Shown here in pieces: positions 36,455 through 50,078 of a stretch of 64,000 nucleotides of DNA (the stretch's first letter is position 1; each line of letters starts with the position of its first letter). This DNA is from Massalongia carnosa. Taxonomy: Eukaryota. Both the position numbers and the translations under genes were made by a program. The notes under the pieces were generated by a model. The model was not told the origin of the DNA, did no database searches, and saw nothing but the letters and a program-made list of their open reading frames with translations. Location: assembly GCA_965645245.1 (NCBI GenBank), contig OZ287070.1, positions 248,001 to 312,000 of the forward strand, in the 5' to 3' direction.

Positions 36455-36921
36455 GAAGGTTTATCAGTATCAGTGTTAGTGTTTTTAATTTTTGAAAAAA
36501 GAAAATAATCTTTCGCCCCTTGAATCCATCCCATCTCCTTGTCTACGTACGTATCTCGATATCCCGGAAAGCAGTAATATATTGGAGCAGTTTGGGTGTA
36601 GGAAATGTGTAGAATTGAGAGTGTACATGGGATGGATAGATAGAAAGTAGCAGGGGGGGGAGGGGTTCAAAGATGTATTGAAAAGTAGTAGATTTCTCGA
36701 TGTCGGAAACTGAATTGGGAGGCATAGGATAAATAAGGGGGGTTTGGGGCTGATGGGAGTAAGGGGAAGATTGGTAACGCTTACGAACAACCCTTAGAGC
36801 CTATACGAGAGTTTCTCCTGCTAAGCAAAGCCGCTCACGCTTGATTAGGTAGACTTAGTTGGAAATCGGGCTCATATCTGGACGCTAAGAGGATGACTGA
36901 CCCAGAAATCTAGCCGATCAA

Positions 36922-38733
36922 TCAAACCTGTGACGTCTTCCTCTGATCAATCCACACATGGAACCGCTCTCTAGCATCGGCAATAGTATCAAAGTCCAGG
37001 AGCTCTTTCAAATACCCCATGTCGCCCCACAACCACTTGCACTTCCCGTGTGGATCGGACCAATCGATATCCTTCACCTCCTCGTTGCGCGCCTCGCTCT
37101 CGGGTCCATCGTCCAGGTGATAGAAGAGCCGAGCCTCGACGGCGCCCTGGACATTGGTGGTAGTGCGCTGCTTGCGGGCTTCTTCGTAAAGGCGCAAAAT
37201 GGCGAGGATATGCGAGCGGCGCTCGGATGGGTCCAGGCTGGGGGTTTGGGAGAGGAGGCCCAATAGCGTGCCTAGTGCTGCGCCGTCTTCGAGAGCCATG
37301 GCCGCGCCTTGGGCTTGGTATGGTAGGGTGGGATGGCAGGAATCGCCGAGGAGGGCGACCGAGCCCTGGATAGGCGTTAATGAGTTGCGAAATACCATGC
37401 CTCTCCTTTGAGAGGGGTTGCGTCTGTACCTTTACCCAAGAGTCGAGCTCTTCCAATTGGCATAGCTTCCATTTTGCAACTGCTTGGACGCAAGAGAGAA
37501 TCGCGGTGAGTCTGGATCGGTTCAATATTTAGTTGGAGCCTACGGGCTTCGACTGGGGGCTTGTTCACCGAGAATCCCAGCCCTTGAAGGTGTCTCGCAT
37601 CTCTTGAATATCCCCGCTGCTTCGGTAAACTTCTTGGGGTAGGTCATCAGGTCGCCTAGGTGTGTTGGCATCATGAATTTTGGTCCTAATAAGATTTTGA
37701 ACTTACAGGAGGACAAGATTAAATTCTTTTTGATGCCGAATCGGATAAAAGACGGCATGTTTTTGAGGGCCCATCCAAAGAAAGTTGGACGATTGATTCA
37801 GTAGAGGTTCCATCGTAGGGTCATGAAGGCTTTCCAGACTACTTCGAGAAATAGTTGCGCGATAGGCTTGGTCCCCGGTTTCAAAGGGAGGGAGATGACG
37901 GCCATGGAGCTGATCACGCATTACAGACCGAAAGCCTGGGCTGCAACGTCAGGAAAGGGCTCAGTACACAACTAAACAGGAAGCTAGTTTCTACTTACCA
38001 TCGGCGCCAATAACAACATCTCCAGAAATCTCCTCCCCATCATCAAGAATGACTGACGGAGTTTCAAAGTTGACCCTCTTCACCGCACAACCAAATCTCA
38101 ACTTTGCACCTAACTTGCTTGCTTCTTCAAGGAGCACCCGATGGAAATCCGCGCGATGAGCAGAACTAATTTCGTTGGATTCGGGGAATCAAGAAATGAT
38201 GAGCACTCATTCACCTACTATGTACTGTGTCCTCCTTCCATCCAAGGTAAAAGATTTGGGCGGCTTGTGATCACCTTTCCATCTGTGTATCGAAGCATTA
38301 CTTGGTGTTCAAGCTTCAGCGCGCCAGCTTCCAGAAACTTCTCCATCAGCCCATAGTGAGCCAAGACCCGTGAAGCGTTCGCAGTGGCCGCAATCCCTGC
38401 GCCAACCTGTCCAGCAAATTTAGAGCCGTTCATAATGTTGACGAACACTGCATACCTCCCCAACCTCGTGCTCTTTTTCCAGAATTTCGACAATCAAGCC
38501 TTCACGAAGACACGCGATTGCGCAGGACAATCCCCCTACAGGCTATCAGATGGTTCGGAAGCGGAAAAATGGAAATGACATACCCAATCCACATCCCACG
38601 ATGACCACCTTCGATAGCGGTCGATGTGTACTATCCTTCGAACGATTAATACTCTGAAGCATCTAAAGACTATGAATCTCGTTACATCATCGATGCGTCC
38701 ATTGAAGTCCATTGTATGGTGTGTGGCATCCAT
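36922..38733 (-). CDS. FAD-dependent monooxygenase (salicylate hydroxylase-like), multi-exon
   Basis: KVVIVGCGL, VGAGI, HRADFH, VVIGADG, LLGDSCHPTLPYQAQGAAMALED. Confidence 0.9.
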
Positions 38734-39144
38734 TTTGGAGTGCTGTTTCTATGCGTAACAAACTTGACAAGGAAGGTGTGGATGGCTGTCTTATTTATAG
38801 TGGAATCTCTTCAGTATTGAAAGGTAGATCCTCAGCGCAGGTTACACCATCATCGATATCATAACAAGTTATAAACATAATGGTAAGCCTGAGACTGCAG
38901 GATCGATGCCTTCGTTCACCGATATCCAGCTTGTGGTCCGCAAGATAAACTTTGTCGGCGATGCAGATCATGCCGAGATGCATGTTACATATCCTATGAT
39001 AACATCATTGAGTACGGAAAGGAGTGGACAGTCCCAGCAGAGACATTAAAATATAGCAAGTCAGATACTCGACTTTTACCCTTCTCAAATAAAGCGTCAT
39101 ATCTCGATAACCGAACGAATCTTTTCACTCAAACTCTACACAGA

Positions 39145-40714
39145 ATGAAAGATCAGGAAGCATCGCTTGATGCAGATCTATATCTAGATCTTAAACGCTC
39201 TTCCAGCGGGATTGTTCTCATCCCACAGCCCAGCGCTGATCCAAATGATCCATTAACTTGGCCATTATCGAAAAAGATTGTGATCTTATTGATCGTATCG
39301 GTGTCGGGATTCGTTTGCGTCGCACAGTCGCTTGCAAATCAGGCCGGATTCTTAATCCAAGCTTCTCTTTACCACAAAACAGCGGTAGAAATATCGTATT
39401 CTGTAAGCATTTGGAATATTCTCCAAGTCTCCCCAGATATGGTTCGTTGATTTTTTCCAGAACAGCGCGGCAATTGTTGGGCTCGCCACAGGGTCGCTTC
39501 TGATATGGGTCCCCATTTCCAATCGCATTGGTAAAAGCACTTGTATCTTTTGGTCCTTGATAGGAACGGTCGCTTGCGGGATATGGTCAGCTTGCATGAC
39601 TGACCCAAGTGACTATGTACTCTTTGTTATCTCACGGTGGCTAGGGGGTACTTTTGGATCATGCTGCATAGTACTGGGTGCTGGAATTATACTCGATATA
39701 TTTTTCCTTCACCAACGGGGCAAAGCGTTCACCTGCTACACGGTGTTTACTTCGTTCGGATCCACGGTGGCCGGCACATTAAGTGGTTTCATCGTAACCT
39801 CTAGTCCTTGGCCGGTGCAGTTTTGGTGGACCGTGGGCCTTGAAGCAGTTCTTGCCCTGCTGGTTTTTCTCTTTGTGGAAGACACACATATGAATCGCAA
39901 GTCCATAGGCAATCGAGTACGTCCAAAATCTTGGTTCGGCCGCCGGATAGCAACTATCTATCCGCCCACCCAAGGTCCCCCAGAACAAGGCACATATCGG
40001 GAGTCTGCAGCCTCTCTCATTCTAATTGGCTTGAGCCCCACGACGAGTATCGCAGCAGTATTCCTCATGATTGCCTTTGGTTGGGGAGTTGCAGTCCATA
40101 CGCTATTGGCAGTCTTTCTACAACGTCCTATCGAAAAACATGGGTATGATCTCAATCCTTCTCAGACCGCAACCTTCACATTTGCCGCATGGGCTGCGGT
40201 TCTCGTTGCGGTTTTGTATGGGACGTTGGTTAACGATCGTCTTCCTGTGTGGCTTTGTCGACACCGTGGGGGAGATTGGGAGCCCGAATACCGTCTCAAG
40301 GCCCTGTTACCGCTGCCAGCCCTGTTGCTTCCTAGTGGTTTAGGCTTGTTCGGGGCATCACTCAATTATCATCTTCACGTCGCGGCTCTTGCCTTTGCCA
40401 ATTTCCTCATTACCTTCTCAGATCACACAGTGTTTCCTGTTATAGCGAATTACGTGGCCGAAAATTTCACAGATAGAGCCGCCGAAGTGTCCGCCATACT
40501 GAATTTCTTCCGTCTTTTTCTTGGTCTCTTGGTCCCATTCTTTATTGATGGATGGGAAGCTAAGGTCGGCGTGGGATGGGTGTTTGGCACAATGGCGTTT
40601 CTTGCAGTTTTTGCGTTTTTGTTAATGATGATAGTAGCTTGGAAGGGACCCGCCATACGCCAGGTATCATTTAAAAGGCTGAAACAGTCGGAGCGTGGGT
40701 CTAAACTGATATGA
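39145..40714 (+). CDS. MFS transporter (one intron near 39403-39460)
   Basis: LIPQPSADPNDPLTWP, DIFFLHQRGK, WEPEYRL; many hydrophobic segments. Confidence 0.92.
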
Positions 40715-41166
40715 AATTGGATACAGCTGTCCTGAAATCCAATGTCTTGCGACCATTGTGAATGCTTTCAGACATGAGTAAGCAGGGTTTTGCTGGCAGC
40801 CCAGATGGCTCAGCAAAACACGTAATGTACCTGGTTAAAAAAAATTTACTAGTTTATCAAAAAATTGGTCATTTTGTGGCCAATCCCTCTTGCAAGTGGA
40901 ATCTAGAGAGAAAGTTTTTCCGAAAAGTTGTCTATCGATCTAAGTACCCACCTATTAGCTTGCCATGCGGTGTCGAAACTGAGAAGAAACATACCTGACG
41001 AGGAGCTAACAAACGTGCCGACGAGGCCCTCTCGTTCATGAGAAACCTCTCGGCATCTGGACCTGTAGGGACAGCCTGGCATTCTATTATTCAAGCAGTA
41101 GCCAGATATTCCTTTCCCCGTATCTCCCTCCATGGCCATGATACTCATACCCAATCTCCATCCTTC

Positions 41167-41743
41167 CTACTCTTCTTTCGGCCCTTCTGCATTAGGACTC
41201 CTACTCCGCGGCCTAGCCACTCTCCCTCCTACACCCTTTGCCCCTCTCCCTTGCCCGTCTGCCTTCTTCGGTGGGGGCCTCACGAATGCGAAGTCGACGG
41301 CTATGGTTTGATCTAGCAATTTCGTCCCGTTCGCTCCTTCAATTGCCGCTTTGGCCTCTCGCTGAGTGGGATATTCAACGAGCACGTAGCCCTAAAACCG
41401 ATTTCGACACGAGACAAAGGGTCAGCATTAGTTCTACTTTCTGCTCAGCAGAGAATCCATTCATACTCTGCTGGGGCTTAGGGTGTTGATAAGGTACCTT
41501 AACGTATCCTGTCCTTCGGTCTAGGTTCATGTGTAGGTTCTTGATTTCGCCATACTCGCCAAATAGTTCCTGTAGGTCCTCCTCGCTAGCTTCCTCGTGT
41601 ACGTTGGTGATAAGGATGATCCAGCCTTCGATGGAGCGAACTGCGACAGCCCCCGTTGAGGTACGGATTTCCGTTGTGGATGTGGAATTGCCGGCAGTAG
41701 GTTCGGTCTGAGGGGAATCTATATCCATCTCGGTTGAGGCCAT
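41167..41743 (-). CDS. RBM8A: Exon-junction complex RRM protein Y14
   Basis: RSIEGWIILITNVHEEA..IKNLHMNLDRRTGYVK|GYVLVEY..VDFAFV; one intron. Confidence 0.95.
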
Positions 41744-42828
41744 CTTAAGCAGAAGAAGTCAGATAGGGAGAAAGATTCTGCGAACAGGCTGAACTGGATA
41801 ACGGATAGGATATGTTTAAGGGCGAGTGCAGGTATGTATGAGTACAAACTGTGTAGAGGCAATCAAGTAGGGCTGACTTTGGATGGCGCACCGCAACAGC
41901 GGCAGCTTTTCCATATCACTTCTAAGTTTGCAATGGATTAGCGTCGCAGTACATAACAGCTACATAGAACCTCCCGATCATGCGTTCCCCAGGTCCATGT
42001 GAGTTCCCCATCAACTTGCTCTGGATCATATTTGTGCATTTAGAGGCAAGGTATCATCTACATGTACTCCAAGAGCTGTGGAAACATAGACGGCCCAAGC
42101 GGTGAAAAGAGAATACTCGCTCAATCCTAGCCAGTGTATATATGTTTGTAGAGGCAAGCACCCACTTGTGACGATGTTGGCTCATGGCTGAAACAGACAG
42201 AGCTCAGGCTCACACAGTCACGTTATTTTGAGCGGGATGAAGGACGGGGTTAGGAGGATCGAGAGGAAATGCGCTACCTACCAATGCTTCACGGCTAGAT
42301 GGTGTATAACTGAATGGGTTTCCTCACAGGTAGGGGCCAGCTACACAGCACCCCTCTATCGCTGTCTAGCTAGCAGGACGCTTCCATAAAATATGAGACG
42401 ACCAACCATGTGCACTTACATATAAGCAGCATCGCCAGATTTGCAAGAAACTGTGACTTCCTCCTTCACGCTGGCACACGAGTGGCTTTGATCATGAATC
42501 AGCTAGCAGTCCATATGGACAGCTATAAGCCAAGATCCACGACAAAGCCCAGCGTCCTGAAGAAATCAACAAGCCCACTCACCCCGTATGCGCTACATTA
42601 GAGAATCAGTTGTTGAAATCAGTGAGTCCAAGGATGGATTCTCCGCTGCAGTAGATCAACGCAAGTAGCAGCTTAAATGAGACGTGACGTAAGGCTTTAA
42701 CTTAACTGTCCTGACTTGCCACTTGGTATTCATATCCCAAAAGCATCGCTCCAACGAAAGCAGCAAATACTTCGTGATTTTCATCCATCATCATGAAGAT
42801 CGAGGATGGGAAAGTTCAATGACGATTC

Positions 42829-44424
42829 TCAGGCCGAAAATGCTGGGACTGCAGCAGTAGTTGTATCTTCCAAAGCGCCATTGTCTTTTTCAATGGGTGC
42901 GAATGCATACCTGGGCAGCTGTGCCATCTTCTCCTCCGGGCTGATATCATTGTCCGAATAGACTAACTTGGTATTTTTATCCTTCTCCTTCTTGCCTTTC
43001 TTCTCTTCCTGTAGATCTTCCGCCTTTGCGTCTGCTTTGCCGGAAATAGTGGCTTCTGCTCTATCGGCTTCTTGGGCCGCACCCGAGAGAAGCTCTTCAA
43101 GGGATGTTGCGTTTGCAGAAAGTGAGTCGGTAGGCGCAACGAGCGAGGTTGGATGAGCGGAACCAGGTGGGACGCCAGGGGCTCCAGTATTTCCGTCTGA
43201 AGGATTTCCCAGCGTTCGACCGAAATGCTGCGAAGCTCCAGACTGGTGGTGGTAAGGAGCATCAGGAGATTTTGAGACCGCCGGGAGCTGGCCTTGATGT
43301 AGCTGTTGCATTTGAAACGCATTCACAGGCGGCGCTCCGAAGGAAGGTCTTTGCGGGAGTCCTGATGCTGGGGGCAAGTTCCCCGAACGCGGAGGTAGCC
43401 CATTCTGTGGAGGGGTGTGAGTGCGTGGAGGTTGATACTGACTATGAGGGAATGGACCTGGTGGTGAGCCAGTATTGAAGGGTTGAGGAGGTCCATTTGG
43501 AAAATGCGGAGAGAACGGTTGCCCCCCAGTTGGTTGAAACTGTTGAGGGGTTGGATATGGTTGATTTGTAGCAAAGGCAGGGGGGGCGCCAGGAAGAGGG
43601 AACGTCGCTGGCTGCTGACCGAATTGGGAGGGTTGTTGCTGATAAGATGCTGGAGCTTGGCCATACGGCTGTGGGAAGGATGAATAAGTTGAGTTGTTCG
43701 AAGGACCTCCAAACTGCATGGCTGACGGGGCGTAGGCGGGAGAACCAACCTGCTGCGAAAGCCTTCGGTCAGAGCAAGCTCTCGAGGGTGAGTATAAACT
43801 TACGAATGTGACCGGGCTCTGGCCGAGACCGGGACTTTGACTGCCTTGCCCTGCACCATTGGGCGTGTTACCCCCACTCCCAAACCCCACTGCTTGCTCT
43901 GCCGCCTTTTTCGCCTTGTGTTCTGCTAGTCGCTTCTTCAGGTCCGAAGGGGCTTCGAATTTCTGTTTCTTAATCCCATTTGCTCCGCCACCCCCAGGTC
44001 CCGGGTTGCCGGTTGCCGCACGCCGTTCGGCCTCCGCCTGAGCGAACTGAGTCAGGACGCGTTGGTTATGACTTGCGACCACATCTTCTGGTATGCCTTC
44101 CATACCAAAGATTTCCACATCGAGACCTGAGCGGTTCGGAAGAGCATTCTCAATGGTCGTCAGGGTTTCCTTATGCACTTGCGTCATATGAACCGACAAA
44201 CCTACATGACTCGGTTAGTGAAGTGGCCAGCTAGTCAGTGCTCATCAGAGTGACTCACCGCCTGCTGTGTTCAATCGGCGGCCACATCGTTCACACTTGA
44301 AGTGCTTGGCCTTTTGGTGGTTGATCAGGATCTTGAGATCGTCAAAGTCGCGCTCACAGTAATAGCACCATGGCCGGGCGAGTTGCTCCTCGACGTCAGG
44401 ATGACCTCTCTTCTTCTTCCCCAT
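42829..44424 (-). CDS. BuGZ/ZNF207-like C2H2 zinc-finger protein
   Basis: [50 protein letters not shown]; Pro/Gln-rich middle; [20 protein letters not shown]. Confidence 0.92.
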
Positions 44425-44592
44425 CACTCCCCTAACCTAAGCGGAGGTTATTACCAAAAATCCTGCTGATGGGGAAATTCAAGACGAGCGAGTCTGTGCT
44501 GAACCATAGAAGATGCAATGAAAGGGAGTTCAGGATCGCTGCAAATTCGGAAACACGGGAATGGGTCTATCGATCGCAGGAAGAACTAGGTA

Positions 44593-47151
44593 ATCGTCGG
44601 CTCGCTTAGCTCCGTGGATCCGACTAAAATGCGAAAGCATTTTAGTCGGGGAAAGCGGTGCATCCGGAAAGCGGTGCATCCAGCCAAAATCATCAAATTT
44701 TCATCTTTTTCACCTTTTACCCTCAATCATCTGAATAACTACCTTTGATTATTGACGATTTAATCACCTCATATTGATAAGTATAGCCTTCCCAGCATTT
44801 ATTCCTAAAATAACTAGTTATTTCATCGGATTGTCGCATATTCAGCTTTTCTATACGTCCTCAATCATCCTTTTTATCCATCATTCTTAACCCACTCCAT
44901 GGATAGTAACGCCCCCATTCTCAATCCCATGGAGGAAGCGAAGCAATTTCTGAAGACAATCCCAAAGAAACCAAGATGACTGCATCTAGACTTTTCAACG
45001 TCAACGTTAAAACGTTGACTTCTTCCATTCGTCGTTGTTCGGGAGTGAAAAATGGAGGACAAAATCAGATATTGAGAGATCATGAAACAAAGGCTATCAA
45101 TGGTTTTATTCAATCTTTGTTGGTGCATGGAATTCCACCTACGCATCAAATCGTTTTTAATGCCATTGTAAGCTTGAAAAAAGCTCATAATCCCTCGATG
45201 TAGGGCCGTCAAGACGATGGTTTCGGGATTGGTGGAAGCGTAGCAATTTGCATAAAATCAAGACAAAACCATTGTCCATGATCCGATTTGAAGCCGCTCA
45301 GGAATCGGATGTGACCAGATGGTTTGCTGATTATAGGCATGCATTGAAAACACTGAATATTCGAAAAAGACGAAATATTCTGAATTTTGATGAAGCTGGC
45401 TTCCGCATTGGGTGCATGAGGGGACAGGAAATTCTTGTTCCCATGGAAATTAAACAATTCTACGCGGTCAGCCCGGAAAACCGTAGATCGGCGACGATTA
45501 TCGAGACAATCAATGCTGCCGGCGACTATCCCCCCCCTCCAATGGTCATCATACAAGGTCATGACATCATGGCCATATGGTTTTCGGATGATCTGCCACA
45601 GGGCACGCATATCGTGCCTTCGGACAGTGGATTTACATCTGATAAGATAGCAGTTGAATATCTGAAGCATCTTATCAAGAATTCAGATGCAGGACCGAAT
45701 GCGGATTGGAAATTGTTGCTTATGAATAATCACGGCAGTCATATTACTCCTGAATTTGTTGCTTTGGCCAATGAAAATCACATTCGTCCTTATCCACTAA
45801 TTCCGCATTTAACCCACTGTATGCAGCCATTGGATGTGGGTGTATTTCAACCCTATAAGCATTGGCATAATGTGGCTATTCAAGAGACTATATCGGAGTC
45901 ATTTATTGAGTATACCCTGACGCAATTCCTGAAGGATTTGGTCAAAATCAGGAATAATACCTTCAAACCATCCACTATTCGACATGCCTTTGAAAAGTCG
46001 GTCATGTGGCCTGTTAATCCAAAAGCATGCATTCAACAGCTGAAAAAATTCAATCCCAACAATCCAAACAATCTGACTGAGATTCTGACCGAGACGAATA
46101 ATGATAATCAGCTCCCATTACCCCCCCTACCTCGTCAAATCCAACCAAGGGAAATAGCCGACATAGAATATGGATTGGATCATCAATGGGGACCAAAAAT
46201 TCAGGAATCTATGCAATGGAGTGACCCCATTCGGGCTGAGGAATTTGACTCATTCGTTATCAATGCAAAAGAAGTTATTTCGAACTCGCTTCTCAAGGAA
46301 ACGGAGCTGAAAATGTGGCAACAGACACGAATGCAACAGTTAAACAGTAGAAAATTTTCTCGCAAACGACTGAGACCTGAATCAGGAAAATTGGGACTGA
46401 CTAAGGAAGATGCGGAGCATGCCTTAACCATGAAGCTACAACACGAAAAAAAGGCTGAAAAGAAACGAGTGGACAATAAGTTTATGAAGATATGGAGAAT
46501 GGAAAGAGACGAAATTCACGTCAAGGGAATGGCTGCTCGAAAAGCAGAAAGGGATCGAGTCAAATGATTAAAAGAAATGACCAAAACCCTCAATCCCATA
46601 CCAATTGAGTTGTATGAAGCAATTTCTGACCCCGAGGCCTTATGGAAAGCGACGAATGAGGTGTGGATAGCTGAGGAAGCGAAGAAAGAAGCCAGAAAAA
46701 ATCCACGTGTCAATGCTACGATTGATGAGGAAGAAACCGCGATTGTAGTAGATGAAGAATCATGGGTGCAGAGAGATTTCGGGGGCTCCATCGAGATGCA
46801 AAGTGATTTCGTATCTTTCATGGATGAAGAGGATGAGGAGAATGCGGGGTATGGGGGGAACCGGAAGAATCGGGGGGATCGAAGGGATCAGGGGGGTCGA
46901 GGGGATGATTTTGATGATGGTTATGATGATGACACTGTTTTTCAAGCTTTGTATGACGTTAGCTAATGATTAACCCAGATGATTGAGGGTAAAAGGTGAA
47001 AAAGATGAAAATTTGATGATTTTGGCTGGATGCACCGCTTTCCGGGATGCACCGCTTTCCGGGATGCACCGCTTTCCGGGATGCACCGCTTTCCCCGACT
47101 AAAATGCTTTCGCATTTTAGTCGGATCCACGGAGCTAAGCGAGCCGACGAT
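44593..47151 (+). mobile_element. pogo/Fot1-type DNA transposon with long TIRs and TA TSD
   Basis: TIRs 44593-44733 and 46976-47151; TA at 44591-44592 and 47152-47153. Confidence 0.92.
44899..46966 (+). pseudogene. pogo/Fot1 transposase, inactivated
   Basis: NFDEAGF, LLLMNNHGSH (catalytic D to N), THCMQPLDVG; frameshift near 44955, stops at 45201 and 46565. Confidence 0.88.
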
Positions 47152-47378
47152 TACTCTGCAGTGTGTAGTTACCTAACTGAGTTCGGTTGAGCGCTAAGGC
47201 CCGAAAGCGTAAGGTGCAAAGGCTTGTTCCTTCTTGGAGCCGCGTGAGGCGCACATGGGGGAACAGGATGGCGTGGAGGCCGTGGAGGCGTCGACACCTC
47301 GAGGGATGAAGATAGCGCCTACTACGACTTCAGGTTTACTTTACGGCTATATGCTTCTACATTCTCGATAACTAAGTT

Positions 47379-47460
47379 ACATGACCACATGACCACATGA
47401 CCTCATGACCACATCTCTACATCTCTACGTCTCTACATCTCTCCGTCTCTCCGTCTCTCT
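47379..47460. repeat. Compound 8-bp tandem repeats (ACATGACC, ACATCTCT, CCGTCTCT)
   Basis: Visible directly. Confidence 0.8.
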
Positions 47461-48402
47461 TTCCCTCTCTGGCGAGCCAACACACGCAAAGAACGGAAGC
47501 TTCAGCGTGGAAACAGCAACACGCAATGAACATAGTTGATCTGCCGCGCATGGCCAACCGGTTGACATTCCGAGTTCTTGTTATCTGCGTAATCATCCCG
47601 GTCAGGCATACATAAGACAAGAAGTCCTCACTGCGAGGCAAGAAGCATCTTTGTTTTCCAGACCGCAATAGATACTGGCAATCATCGGCCAATCTTCACT
47701 TGGCTCGATTGGCCGCAGACAATCTCTACAATCAGCAATACTGATCGAGATTATCAAGCGAAGTTCTATTGATGGATCTACCTCGCCAAAGAACCTACGG
47801 GCATTCATAAGATGCCGATACCATCGGCAGCCGCCTGCGTACACAGCTCTTTCGCCCAACCTACCGATTGGTGAGCCCATTCTCTCTGTTGATACCGGAC
47901 TGCATTGCCATATACCGTATCGTAGATAAGCTAACCCCTGATGATAGTAAGGGACTTTCTTAGGTATTTGAAGATGCGTTCCCATGCAAGGGGAAGACTG
48001 ACAGTTTGCTTCATGTCTGTGCGATGGTAGGCGCTTCGTTGAAGCTTTCTCGATGCCTGTTAAGGGAATTATCATTTACTGAAACTGATGCGGGACGAGC
48101 CTTGAGGCATTTAAGAAAAAGAAAGACTGTCAAATCAAGAAATTTGACTTTTTAGTACGGGAGGAGATCATTGACAACTGGGTGAACCGTGGAGCTTGAC
48201 GAAGGGACTGTGCCAAATGGATCTCTTCAAGTATTTTAGTTGCAATATAAGCCGTGGCTTTTTGCTCACCCCAAATTCGTACCCCCACCAAGAAATTTTA
48301 TTTCTAATAGTCTTGGCGCAAATTGCATAATTTTTTTACTGCTACTTTTATTCATTTCTTCCATTCCTCTCCTTCAGTTTCAATAAGCAGCCTACTCAAA
48401 TC

Positions 48403-50078
48403 ATGGCGGCAACGCTTCGGTCGATATTTAAGCACGGTACCAGCTTAGTGAAGAGGGGAACATTGAGGCTTTGGAGCCGATCAAAGGATGTAATTCTAAT
48501 GAATTGGCACCTCGGTTTTACGGCATTCGGAGGGCCAACGGTGCACTATCAGATTGTTAGAGCACATGATAGAATCCAACATGATGAGCGAGCGCGGCTG
48601 ACACTCCCCAGTTCCATGAACGATTCGTGGAAAAGCACAAATGGATCGATGAGCAATTTGTGGGTTACGAAGAGTCTCCTCAGATCTAACCCCCCACTTC
48701 AGGCTAATCGCGGCGCTTTTAGTATCAAGAAATATTCGCAATAAGCCAGGCGCTTCCAGGCCCAGGAAGTACGAAGATGCTCTTTTGCATCAATTATAGT
48801 TATGGAGGCCTTCTCGCTGCCGTAGGCGCCTTTCTCATATGGAGGTTTGTCGTCTCTACTCTGAAAGCGCTACGCCATAGCTAAACGGCGAACAGCCTGC
48901 CAGGTGCAGTTGGCATGTATGGCCTATCACTAGGGGTCGCGCATGTCGGTGAAACTCTACCTCCGCCTGTGTACGCCCTTTTGTCGGGGCTAAACGCTGC
49001 GACTGTCGGCATTATCATATTTGCTGGGGTGCAGCTCGCAAGGAAGGCAATCGTTGACCAGTTCACACGAGTTTTGGTTTTTCTCGGCGCTGCATTTGGG
49101 ATGCTTTACACAGCGCTGTGGTACTTTCCGGTACTTTTGCTGGCTGCAGGACTTACTACGGTTGCCTGGGATTTCAAGTGGCTGCACAGGATAGTCCAGC
49201 CACTGAGGAGGAAACAGACAACGGATCTATCGACCGAACCTGACTCTACCGAGAGCGAAACGCGCCATAATGCAATGGAGATGCGAGACAACCCGACAAG
49301 TATCCGCCATATCTCTGACGATGACTTGGAGCGATCGATGCCACCACCCCATGTCGATGCCTCAGAGGTTGACAACCTCAACCTGGAAAGCGAGACCAAT
49401 AGCGTACTCTCTTGGAAAACTGGAATTCTCATCATCATCCTCTTCATGGTTTCCTTCGTTACCTTTATGATTATCCGGGGTCTCCTCACCTCCCCACCAC
49501 GAGGCTACTCGATATTCGCAAATATTTACCTCGCGGGAACAATCATCTTTGGCGGTGGCCCCGTGGTTATCCCGCTCCTTCGGGAATACATGGTGGCAGA
49601 AAGGTGGGTGTCGCCACGCGACTTTCTATTCGGCCTAGCCCTAATTCAGGCCTTTCCCGGTCCGAATTTTAATTTCGCAGTCTATCTTGGCTCCCTTGCG
49701 ACATCCGGAACTTCTCTCGCCTCGTTCGGAGGCGCGCTGGTTGCTTACGTCGGCATTTTCGCTCCGGGCATCATCATTCAAACGGGCGTCATGGGCGTAT
49801 GGAAGGTCTTACGATCGCGGCGCTGGTTCACCTCGCTTTTGCGCGGAGTCAACGCCGCCGCGGTGGGTTTCGTGTATACGGCGGTGTACCGCTTATGGCA
49901 GATCGGCTTCGTCGACGCGAACCACCAGACGGGCAGTTCTCTGGGGAGGGATCCCTGGTGGGTCATCATCACAGCTACGACGTTCGTCGGGGGAGCCTGG
50001 TTCCGTCTGAGCGCGGTGATGGCGGTTGTGCTCGGTGCGGTGATGGGTCTGCTCTGGTATGCGGTGGTGAATGCGTAG
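48403..50078 (+). CDS. Chromate ion transporter (CHR family), multi-exon
   Basis: LGFTAFGGP, SQALPGPGST, GLNAATVG, IFGGGPVVIPLL, IQAFPGPNFNF, RGVNAAAVG (two CHR repeats). Confidence 0.93.
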
